A stretch of 64,000 nucleotides of DNA from Abditibacterium sp. (GTDB lineage Bacteria; Armatimonadota; Abditibacteriia; Abditibacteriales; Abditibacteriaceae): contig CBDASK010000003.1 of assembly GCA_965199495.1 (NCBI GenBank), forward strand, positions 1,376,001 through 1,440,000. The letters run 5' to 3'. A program made the position numbers and the translations under genes. This document shows positions 39,388 to 48,244 of the stretch, piece by piece (the stretch's first letter is position 1; each line of letters opens with the position of its first letter). Under the pieces are notes generated by a model. That model had not been told where the DNA came from and made no database searches. It saw only the letters and a list, made by a program, of their open reading frames with translations.

Positions 39388-41055
39388 ATGAGATTCTTTT
39401 CCAAAAACGTGCCCATCCCCGAAGTCCCCGCCGAACCCGCAATTACTCCCGCGCCCGATGCAGCCACGGCGCCCGCGCCCGAACCCGCGCCGGTTGTCGA
39501 AGTTGACCTCGAAACCGCGATTCCCATCGAAAATGATGAGCTGGAAATCATCGAAACCGTTGCAGCTTCGCCGGAATCGGAAACGCAAATCGAGGCCGAT
39601 GTCGCGCAACTCGAACACGCGGCGCCCGAACCGCCGCGACCTTTATCGCCGGGCGCGTTTTTGGGCGGCGATTTAGAAATCATCGAAGTGATGGCGCGAG
39701 GACAAATTAATCTCTATCGCGCCGACGTTGACGAATGGGGCGCGCACGATTATCAATTGGTCGCCGAGCGTTTGGCGCCCGCGAATGTTGCCGAAAACGC
39801 GCCCGAATCGGCGCTGTTTCCCGCCGCGCGGCGTTGGACGCAGGACGAGCGCGAATACGCGGCGTGGCCTTTGGCGCACTTGACGCAATTGGCCGACTGG
39901 AATCCGCCCGCCAACGACGAGGTTTATCTGCAAACTCTGGCGGCTCTGGCCGCAGGTTTGGCCGCGCTCGAAGAGGCCGGACTTGCGCCCGATTTGCCGC
40001 GCGACGCGCTGTGGATTGACCAAAGCGGCGCCATCAAATTTTATGGATTCTTCGATCAAATCGGCGAAAACGCGCCGCCGATGAGCGCGCTCGAACAGTT
40101 ATCGGCACTTTCCAGTCGTCTGGCCAAAAGCAATCTGGCGCGCAGTGCGACGTTGAAATTGGACGACGAATTTAGCGCGTTGCCTTTGTCGGACGAAACC
40201 AAAACTTTCGCCAAACGCCTGGCGGCGGGCGAATGGGAAACCATCGGCGAGGCGGCGGAGTGGCTGCAAATCGCGCCGGTTCATAGCAGCGAGATCGCGT
40301 TGTTGTCCGATGTCGGCTTGTTGCGCGAACTCAACGAAGATTGCGGATTGACTTTGCGCCTCAGTCGCGCCGGGCACGCCACGCATTTCGAGATCGAGGT
40401 CGTCGCCGTGGCTGATGGCATGGGCGGGCACGAAGGCGGCGAAGTCGCCTCGGAACTGGCGCTGACGACGTTGCAAAATCAGTTACTCCAACTCGATTTG
40501 GATTGGAACGACAACGCGGTTTTGATGCAATCGGTCGCGCAGATTTGTGAAAACGTCAACGCCGCCGTCGTCGCGATGAACGAAAATCCGCCTTACGCCG
40601 CGATGCGCAACAAGCCGGGCGCGACGTTGGTTTGGGCGTTGCGTTTGGGCAGTCGCGTTTTCATCGGCAACGTCGGCGATTCTCGCGCCTATCGCTGGAG
40701 CGCGCGCGAAGGTTTGCAACGATTGACGACCGACCATTCGTATGTGCAGGATTTGATTGACAGCGGCAGACTGCGCGAGGAAGAATCGTGGGGCCATCCC
40801 GACGGATCGGTGATTACTTCGCACATCGGCATGGCGCGCGGCATGCAACGCGATGTTTTTCTGCATTTGGTGCGGCCCGGCGACAAACTATTTTTGGTTT
40901 CGGATGGCGTCGTGGATATGCTGCGCGACGAAACCATCGCCGAAATCGCCGCCGAACAGGCCGACCCGCGCGCGCTGTGTGGCGCTCTGGTCGAAGCCGC
41001 CAATGACGCGGGTGGCGCGGATAATATTACCGTGGCGGCGCTGTTTTGCGTTTGA
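39388..41055 (+). CDS. PP2C Ser/Thr phosphatase with N-terminal pseudokinase-like region
   Basis: SDVGLLRELNED, VADGMGGHEGGEVAS, GNVGDSRAY, LVSDG, GGADNIT. Confidence 0.9.
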   Translation: MRFFSKNVPIPEVPAEPAITPAPDAATAPAPEPAPVVEVDLETAIPIENDELEIIETVAASPESETQIEADVAQLEHAAPEPPRPLSPGAFLGGDLEIIEVMARGQINLYRADVDEWGAHDYQLVAERLAPANVAENAPESALFPAARRWTQDEREYAAWPLAHLTQLADWNPPANDEVYLQTLAALAAGLAALEEAGLAPDLPRDALWIDQSGAIKFYGFFDQIGENAPPMSALEQLSALSSRLAKSNLARSATLKLDDEFSALPLSDETKTFAKRLAAGEWETIGEAAEWLQIAPVHSSEIALLSDVGLLRELNEDCGLTLRLSRAGHATHFEIEVVAVADGMGGHEGGEVASELALTTLQNQLLQLDLDWNDNAVLMQSVAQICENVNAAVVAMNENPPYAAMRNKPGATLVWALRLGSRVFIGNVGDSRAYRWSAREGLQRLTTDHSYVQDLIDSGRLREEESWGHPDGSVITSHIGMARGMQRDVFLHLVRPGDKLFLVSDGVVDMLRDETIAEIAAEQADPRALCGALVEAANDAGGADNITVAALFCV

Positions 41056-41081
41056 GTTTGGCGTTATATTGGGGTGACACC

Positions 41082-41371
41082 CAAGGACTTGTGCCCAATG
41101 GCATGAATTGAGTTGGAAGCAACTCTGACTCACACCCCCACTGCCTGCGCACTGCCCTGGTTTCACCGGGCGCCCACCCCCTCCGAGAGGGGAAGAATGC
41201 CTCGGACGTTTCGGAGCTTCCTTAATCCATGCGAAGCAGTCAAAGTAACTGCGGCATCCTCCCCTCTCGGAGGGGGTGGGCGCCCGGTGAAACCAGGGCA
41301 GTGCGCAGGCAATGGGGGTGTGAGTCAGAGTTGCTTCCAACTCAATTCATGCCATTGGGCACAAGTCCTTG
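41082..41371. repeat. Long inverted repeat (~120-bp arms) between convergent genes
   Basis: 41082-41201 vs 41253-41371 near-perfect reverse complement; CCCCCTCCGAGAGGGG REP-like core. Confidence 0.92.
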
Positions 41372-41398
41372 ATATCGCCACTCTATAAAAAGAGAAAC

Positions 41399-43471
41399 TC
41401 ACCGCCCGCTCGCACTCTGCAACGCCAACCACACCATCGCGCCCATCGCGCCCAAGCCAGCCAAAACCCCGAAGATACGCAGAGAAAACCAATCGCCCAC
41501 GCGCCGCAACGCGCCCCAAATCGAGCCAATTGCGGCGCCCGCGACCATCCAGCCACCGGCGGCATAATTGCCGACGTGCGGTTTTAATATCGGCTTGAGA
41601 ATCGTATCGAGTTGAACGATCAAACTCGGCCCGCCAATCGCCGCGAAAATCGCCAGCATCGTTCCGAAAAGGCCGATGCCGATTATCATGCCGCACGAAC
41701 GTTTGCGCGTGGCTTCGACAATTGTCCAAACCGCCGCGCACGCCCACAGCGTCGCGCCGAAAATCGGAGCGATTGGAAGCCATTTAATTTGGCCGGGCTG
41801 CGTAAGCCAACCCGGCACGGCGCCATCATACATCCACGGCACGGTGCGCGACAGCGCGCCCGAAGCCGCGCCCGCCGCGCCGCACCATACGACCGTGAGA
41901 AACGGCGGCCACAAACTCGGCCCGGCGACCTTCGCCGTAAACGGAATGCGCGTCTGACCCGCACTGCCGTCCAACTCGATTTCGCCTTCGTAATGGCCGG
42001 GATGGAGACGCAGTCCGTCGAAACTGACGGGCAGGCGCGCGCGGTTGCCGTCCCAGCCGCCGGGCGTCGCAACCGCGCCCAGCGACGCCCGCACCAAACC
42101 TGACAAATGGCCACGCCCGGCGTTGGAAATTTCCAAATTGATCGTCTTTTTGCCGTCGGCTTTAATGGTTCCGAAATCCAGACGCGCCGGATGAACCTGC
42201 AATTGCGGGAGCGCCAAAAGCCCAGTCGCGGCGATGAACGCTTCCAAACCTTGCTCTTGCCGCGCGCCGAATCGTTGTCGGATTTGCGCGGCTTTGACCG
42301 CCAGTTCTGTTTCGTTTAGCGACACCAAAAACCGTTCGATTTCGCCCGAAAACAAACGCTTGGCGCCTTCGCGCCCGTAAGCGTCCAGCAGCCAAACCAA
42401 TTCGCCGACGGTTGAGGCCGCGTGCCCCGATTTGAACAACAGAGGCACGACAATCGGCGCCGATGATTGCGTTTGTTTCTGCATCGTAAACACAGTCGGC
42501 GATGCAGAAACGGGCGCCGTGGCTACTGGTTCTTCTGCGCCGATTTCGTCCAAACGTTCCAACAACTCGGCGCCATTTTGCGGGCGCTGAATCGGTTCGG
42601 GATCAATGCAATCGCCGATGAGTTCGTCCCAATCTTCGGACAAATCGGGCCGAAATCCGCTCAAGCGATGCACGCGCAGACGGCGCAATTCGTCCGGTTC
42701 GGTCGGGTCTAAACCGCTCAGCAGATGATACCACGTCATGCCCCACGCGTGAATATCGGAGCGCGCGTCGGGATTGCGGCGCTCGGCGGGCGAATCGGGC
42801 GCGTAGCCAACCGTGCCGCCGCCCTGCGTGTGACGTTGCGCGCGCGTGCCGTAGGCGTCGCCAACGGTGCCCTGCCCTTGCGTCGCGATGCCGAAATCCA
42901 ATAAAACCGCTTCGGCGGTTTTGTCGGCGTTGGGGCGCAAGCGAATGTTTTCGGGTTTGATGTCGCGATGCACCAAATCGCGCGCGTGAAGATACGCCAG
43001 CGCCGCCGCGATTTGCTGGCCGTAAAGCAATGCCTCGGCTTCGTCCAAGCGCCCGCCGCGCCGCTCTGCCAATTGCAATAAATCCGGCCCGGCGATGTAC
43101 TCCATCACCAAATAATAACGCGATTTTATTTCGATAAGTTGCGCGCCGTGCTCAGGACACACGGTCTGGTTGGGAAAATCCAGACCGCAAATCGGGCAAA
43201 CGTGCCAGTCGCCCGAAACCGGTTCGTAGTGGCCCGAAACGATATTGGGATGGCGCAGACGCGACAAATGCTGCGCTTCAGCGCGAAACTGCGCGAGCGC
43301 AACGGCGCGTTCGGCTTCGTCCAAAACGTGGAGTTCTTTAACAGCCACCGGCACGTCGAGTTCGGTATCGCGGCAACCGTAAACGGTGCCAAACGCACCC
43401 GAACCCATAATTTTGCGGACTTGATAACGGTTGTCAATCAACTCGTCAATGCGGTGTTTTAGCTCGGCCAT
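41399..43471 (-). CDS. Membrane Ser/Thr kinase with zinc-ribbon insertion, Ig-like domain and C-terminal TM helices
   Basis: MGSGAFG, AVKE, HRDIKPEN, DFG, GTVGYAP; CPICG..CPEHG insert; LDFG..NAGRGHLSG. Confidence 0.9.
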   Translation of the reverse strand: MAELKHRIDELIDNRYQVRKIMGSGAFGTVYGCRDTELDVPVAVKELHVLDEAERAVALAQFRAEAQHLSRLRHPNIVSGHYEPVSGDWHVCPICGLDFPNQTVCPEHGAQLIEIKSRYYLVMEYIAGPDLLQLAERRGGRLDEAEALLYGQQIAAALAYLHARDLVHRDIKPENIRLRPNADKTAEAVLLDFGIATQGQGTVGDAYGTRAQRHTQGGGTVGYAPDSPAERRNPDARSDIHAWGMTWYHLLSGLDPTEPDELRRLRVHRLSGFRPDLSEDWDELIGDCIDPEPIQRPQNGAELLERLDEIGAEEPVATAPVSASPTVFTMQKQTQSSAPIVVPLLFKSGHAASTVGELVWLLDAYGREGAKRLFSGEIERFLVSLNETELAVKAAQIRQRFGARQEQGLEAFIAATGLLALPQLQVHPARLDFGTIKADGKKTINLEISNAGRGHLSGLVRASLGAVATPGGWDGNRARLPVSFDGLRLHPGHYEGEIELDGSAGQTRIPFTAKVAGPSLWPPFLTVVWCGAAGAASGALSRTVPWMYDGAVPGWLTQPGQIKWLPIAPIFGATLWACAAVWTIVEATRKRSCGMIIGIGLFGTMLAIFAAIGGPSLIVQLDTILKPILKPHVGNYAAGGWMVAGAAIGSIWGALRRVGDWFSLRIFGVLAGLGAMGAMVWLALQSASGR

Positions 43472-43541
43472 GAATCGCCTCTTAGTTTGATTGATTCGCG
43501 TGCGCACAACGCGCCCACGAAAACGCGGTCAAACTTCGCTT

Positions 43542-44654
43542 ATGAAATTGTTCCGTCTGCTGGCACTTTCTGTGGCATTGCTCGCTCCGTGCGCCCACGC
43601 GCAAAACCCACCCGAAACGTTGCGCGAAGCCGCGCCCAAAGGTTTGCTCGTCGGCGGCGCCATCGCGACGCAGGATTTGGACAAACCCGAACTCGCGAAT
43701 TTGGCCGCACGACAGTTCAGTGCGATTACGCCCGAATACGAAATGATGCCCGAAAAGTTAGTGGACGACAACGGCAAATTCGATTTTGCGACCGCCGACC
43801 GCGTCGTGGATTTCGCCAAAAAAAATCATCAAAGCGTTTTCGGGCATATGCTGGTTTGGCACTTCGTCACGCGCCGGTGGCTCTTTGAAAGTCCCGATGG
43901 CAAACCGTTGCCGCGCGACAAAGCGTTAGCAAATCTGGAGCTTTATATTTCGACGGTCGTCGGCCATTATAAAGGCCGCGTCAAAGCGTGGGATGTCGTC
44001 AACGAAGGCATCAGCGACGCCGATGGCGAATATCTCAAAGATACGCTAGCATTGCGCGCAATTGGGCCGGATTACATCCAAAAAGCCTTCGAGTTCGCGC
44101 ACGCCGCCGACCCAAACGCCGAGTTGTATTACAACGATTACAACATCGAACAGCCGGGCAAATTGGAAAAAACGATTAAATTGGTGCGCTCGCTACAAGA
44201 CGCGGGCGTACGCTTGGACGCCGTCGGCATTCAGGGCCACTGGCTCATCAATTGGCCGCCGACCGAGATGATCGAAAACGGCATCGAAGCCTTAGCAAAA
44301 ACCGGCGTCAAAGTGATGATTACCGAGTTGGATGTGGACGTTTTACCGCGCGATGTGAGCGGCGCCGACATGGCGCAAACCGAAACCGGCGCCAATCCGT
44401 ATAAAGACGGATTGCCCGCCGCGATGCAACAAAAATTGGCCAATCGTTACAGCGAAATCATGACGGCGATTTTGCGTCATCCCTCCGTCACGTTCATCGG
44501 TTTCTGGGGCACGCACGATGGCCGCTCGTGGCTCAACGATTTCCCGGTCAAAGGCCGCACCAATTATCCGCTTTTGTTCGACCGCAGGTTGCAACCCAAA
44601 CCCGCGTTCGACGCCGTGATTAAAGCGTTGAATTCCGCGCCAAAAACTGATTGA
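43542..44654 (+). CDS. Endo-1,4-beta-xylanase, GH10
   Basis: GHMLVWH, WDVVNE, YYNDYN, GIQGH, ITELD; signal peptide. Confidence 0.93.
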   Translation: MKLFRLLALSVALLAPCAHAQNPPETLREAAPKGLLVGGAIATQDLDKPELANLAARQFSAITPEYEMMPEKLVDDNGKFDFATADRVVDFAKKNHQSVFGHMLVWHFVTRRWLFESPDGKPLPRDKALANLELYISTVVGHYKGRVKAWDVVNEGISDADGEYLKDTLALRAIGPDYIQKAFEFAHAADPNAELYYNDYNIEQPGKLEKTIKLVRSLQDAGVRLDAVGIQGHWLINWPPTEMIENGIEALAKTGVKVMITELDVDVLPRDVSGADMAQTETGANPYKDGLPAAMQQKLANRYSEIMTAILRHPSVTFIGFWGTHDGRSWLNDFPVKGRTNYPLLFDRRLQPKPAFDAVIKALNSAPKTD

Positions 44655-44694
44655 TTTCCGTCAACGCCTCACGCGCGCCCAAATCAATCGCAAT
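44620..44694 (-). pseudogene. Displaced original 3' end of the sirtuin gene
   Basis: Reads IAIDLGAREALTEINQFLARNSTL*, colinear with the sirtuin tail ISITLGARDASD*IDQIV. Confidence 0.8.
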
Positions 44695-45390
44695 TTAGGC
44701 GGCGACTAATTCTTTAGCCCGTTGCTTTCGAGTTGTCGTGCCACTATCCCACATTCGATCAAATTTGGGGCGTTGCTTATAATGAGCCGTATTCTGAGTC
44801 CAACGGAGAGAAGAATACCCTGCCATCAAACGATGGCCTACCCATCGAGTATCAACAAAATTGGGGGCACCAGGAATGTTAAGAAGCAAGATGCGCCCCA
44901 TGAAACGTGTCCATTGCCTTTGTGTCAGCAAAGTCAAACCGTAAAAATGAAAAGAACGTCCTGAATTAAAAATTTCGAATTTATCGCAACCAAAATCACT
45001 GGAGAGTTCGACCAAACGGTTAATGTCCTGATCGTTGATGTCCGATCCAAAATCGATCATTGGAATGTGGTAAAGTCGTTGAGTCCAGCCACGCCGCACC
45101 CACACCCTCGAATGAAAAGCGATTTCCTGATCGTGGCCGAGCGAAGACTGCTCGATTTGAAAACGCGAAATTAAATCTTGAGCGTTGATTCTGAATGTGC
45201 GGCGCTCATCTTCAATCGTTTGAGGCCTATACGAGTAAACGCTCAATTCGAGTTTTTCAATCTCGGAATGACGACGACAAAATTTTTCCAACAAAAGAGC
45301 CGGATGATCGGGCTCTTGAGCGGGAGGCGAAACATCTTTGGAGCGCGCCCACAAAAGCTGGGGCAAGGCGAAATTCTGTGAGCGTAGCAT
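44695..45390 (-). CDS. AEP (archaeo-eukaryotic primase) superfamily-like protein
   Basis: HIPMIDF, SGRSFHFYG and VDTRW match the layout of AEP motifs I-III; AT-richer island. Confidence 0.6.
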   Translation of the reverse strand: MLRSQNFALPQLLWARSKDVSPPAQEPDHPALLLEKFCRRHSEIEKLELSVYSYRPQTIEDERRTFRINAQDLISRFQIEQSSLGHDQEIAFHSRVWVRRGWTQRLYHIPMIDFGSDINDQDINRLVELSSDFGCDKFEIFNSGRSFHFYGLTLLTQRQWTRFMGRILLLNIPGAPNFVDTRWVGHRLMAGYSSLRWTQNTAHYKQRPKFDRMWDSGTTTRKQRAKELVAA

Positions 45391-45429
45391 AGTGCAGAGA
45401 TAGCAACTTTTTGTCCTAAATCTCGGTTT

Positions 45430-46935
45430 CTATGTGGTAATGCCTTTGAGCATATTGAAGGTCTTGACGGCGTGACTGTCTGTCATGCCAGAAACGTAAT
45501 CGACGATGAGATGGGCACGCAAAACTGGCTCCAAATTCGCCGACTCATGCTTTGCTTCGAAATAAGCGTGCAACTGTTTGTTAGACAGCAGAGAATAGAG
45601 TCGTTTCTCCAAATGAAACTTACTGTTTGAAGGCAAGTTCGCGAATTCTTCACTTCTAAGGCGCAGTAAAGGAGAGAAGCCATCTAAAATGCCCTGCACG
45701 ATATGGTATCCGCTGAGTTCAACGTTCATCGCTTCTTTGGACGTAAAGATGTATTTTTTGGCGAACGCTCGCAGAAAATTCAAGATTTTCTCTCTTTCCA
45801 AGTCAAGCAATGTCCGTTGAAATTCTCCAGCCAAAATAGCCGCGTGATTTTCCAAATAGACCTTAGTGGCTCTCTTCACCAGCGCATTGGTCACAGCTAC
45901 TTTGAAACTCACAAAAAGAGCATTGGGTGAACGAATCTCTTCACTGCCATTTTGATACGAAAAAATTGTGGGAGTTTTGCTGCCCCTTTCTGGGCGCGTT
46001 TGGTAACTGCGACACCACTTTTGATAGTCTATAATGCCGTCCAAAAATTTGCTCATTCCCAGAGATTCACACACTCGTTTAACTTCACCAATAGTTCCTA
46101 ACAACTCACCTTCTAATACTTCATAAACGAAAACTTTTTCGGTGATAATCTGCTTTTCCAACGCATCTTCGATGTCGCTCGAACAATATGCGATATCATC
46201 AGCGGCTTCCATCAGAAAAACCAGGGGATGACGTTAAGCTGGCAAGCCACCAGAATTTGTTTTCAGTCCCAGTTGCTTCCATGTTTCTCTAATTATTTCG
46301 TGTTCTGTATGGAAAAACCCCGCTTTTTTGCCGAATGGGGCACCTTCATTCTTGCGCGGCCCCAAATATTTCAAGAGTGCGGCAATTAGCGTATAGGTTG
46401 GGTTCAGGCCAAATTCGTTGTCGAGCCACTGCAAACGAGTGATGATGCGTAAAACTTGGGGATTGCCATCGAAATGCTCGAAGGCCCAAAAATGGGCTTC
46501 GGCATCAGCGATACCGTCCCAAGCGGACTCGATTTCCTGGCGACGTTGCGAAAACCAATCGCCGATAGCGGCTTCGCCCAAATGACCAAACGGCGGATTC
46601 CCAACATCATGCAATAAACACGCGTTTTGCACCGTCAAATAAAAAGGCAAGCGCAAACTTTCTGCGATGAGGTTTCCAGAGAGCAATGCATCGAAAGTAT
46701 ATGTCGCTATGAGTTCTCCAATGAAGGCCACCTCCATCGTATGGGTCAACCGAGAACGCACAGCGGCATTTTGTTCAAGTGAAAAAACTTGGGCTTTAGT
46801 CTGGAGACGCCGGAACGGAGCGGAAGTGATGATACGGCCTTTGTCACTCAACATTTCAGTAGTTAAATCGCGTCCCTCTTGCCGTGTTTTCTTACGCCTT
46901 TCGTGAGTTATTAAATGGTTATAATCATTTGACAT
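45430..46935 (-). pseudogene. dgt: dGTP triphosphohydrolase (HD domain) interrupted by in-frame TAA at 46234-46236
   Basis: FRRLQTKAQVF, RSRLTHTMEV, LLHDVGNPPFGH, then *RHPLVFLMEAADDIAY and VDYVSGMTD in the same frame. Confidence 0.88.
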
Positions 46936-46966
46936 AGAATTTTTGAGCAGAAACAATTTGATCGAT

Positions 46967-47761
46967 TTAATCTGATGCGTCACGCGCGCCAAGTGTAATA
47001 GAAATTGTGCCGCGCGGCCCCTGACTTTCGCGCACGTTGATTCTCACGAGAGTCGCGCCCGCGCGTTGCAGACGTTCGCCGAAATCGCGCACCGTCGGAA
47101 TCGCCGTGCCCGCCCCACATTCGATGATCGTCAATTTCGTTTTGTCAATTTCGCTGAGCCAACGCGTTAGCGATTGTTCTTCTTTCAAACTGCGGCCCAA
47201 AATCCACGCGCCGTCCCAAAACATCAAAATATTGGGCCGCAATAACTCGCCGCAATTGGGGCAACGCGGCAAATCACCAACGGCACGAAACGTTTGCGCA
47301 TCCACTTCGATATTTGTGTTGGCCGCGCTCCAAATCGTATCGCTGCACGGCACGACGCATTGCAAATGATGAATCGAACCGTGAACTTCGCAGACGTTTT
47401 CGATGCCCGCTTTCCTAAATTGTCCGTCCACGTTCGAGGTATAAACGCGCGCCGGTTTTTCGTCGGCCCACTTTTTCAGAATCGCGAAACCCTTATGCGG
47501 CGCGGTTTGGCGATACAAATTTAAGCGGTGGCCGTAGAAACCCCACGCCAATTCGGGATCGCGTTCAAACCACGATGGATTGGCCATCTCCGCGAAACCG
47601 ATGCCCAATTGTGCGAGCGGCGGATAAGCGCGCCAGAAGCCTTCATTGCCCCTGAAATCGGGCAAACCCGAATCAACTCCCATTCCGGCGCCTGCCGTGA
47701 ATAGCAAAAATTCGGCGTTCGAGATGGCACGCGCGGCGGCTTCAATTGAAGAATTGATCAT
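46967..47761 (-). CDS. Sir2-family NAD-dependent deacylase, C-terminus clipped
   Basis: GAGMGVDSGLPDFRG, TSNVDG, EVHGS, CPNCG, RPNILMF, GAGTAIPTVR. Confidence 0.92.
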   Translation of the reverse strand: MINSSIEAAARAISNAEFLLFTAGAGMGVDSGLPDFRGNEGFWRAYPPLAQLGIGFAEMANPSWFERDPELAWGFYGHRLNLYRQTAPHKGFAILKKWADEKPARVYTSNVDGQFRKAGIENVCEVHGSIHHLQCVVPCSDTIWSAANTNIEVDAQTFRAVGDLPRCPNCGELLRPNILMFWDGAWILGRSLKEEQSLTRWLSEIDKTKLTIIECGAGTAIPTVRDFGERLQRAGATLVRINVRESQGPRGTISITLGARDASD

Positions 47762-47762
47762 A

Positions 47763-48221
47763 TTAAAATTTGAGTTTGCCATCATAATCTAAAATGCCCA
47801 CTTCAAACATTTTATTGAAATTATCCGCAGCGAAACGCTTTTCCAAATGTGGAATATAAATTTCGAGCAGTTCTTCGGGCGTGTGACAGAAGCGACCGTT
47901 CAAATCGTGAAATATCGTATTGGGAATCCAACTTAAAACTGCATAAGCCAAATGCGCCACACACAACAGATCAGGCGCACCTCGCGTGCTGTCAGTCGCA
48001 ATCGTCCAGTGGGCGCTCTGGCCCAACAAATGTTTTTGGCGAAACGGATATAAAGAACACCAGACTGCTGCGCCTTTTTCGCGCACCATCCATTCCGCTA
48101 AACAAGGAATAGAAGACGAATGTGGCTCACGAGATTCCGCATCGAAGAGCGTCAATATCTCTTCCCATTGGGCGAACGGAAACTCAGCTTCCGCGAAGTA
48201 AATGGCCGTGTTCGTGCTCAT
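47763..48221 (-). CDS. Hypothetical protein (AT-richer)
   Basis: 152-aa ORF filling the gap, co-oriented and tightly spaced with neighbours. Confidence 0.55.
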   Translation of the reverse strand: MSTNTAIYFAEAEFPFAQWEEILTLFDAESREPHSSSIPCLAEWMVREKGAAVWCSLYPFRQKHLLGQSAHWTIATDSTRGAPDLLCVAHLAYAVLSWIPNTIFHDLNGRFCHTPEELLEIYIPHLEKRFAADNFNKMFEVGILDYDGKLKF

Positions 48222-48244
48222 TGTAAAATATAAATTTGAAGAGA

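Noticed and set aside
40888..41388. Two ORFs with near-identical N-termini (MEATLTHTP...) on opposite strands
   Set aside because: Artefact of the 290-bp palindrome
46967..47761. Sirtuin as a defence NADase partnered with the dGTPase
   Set aside because: It has the Zn-binding Cys, catalytic HG motif and host-like codons of a deacylase-type sirtuin, and it is the insertion target rather than cargo
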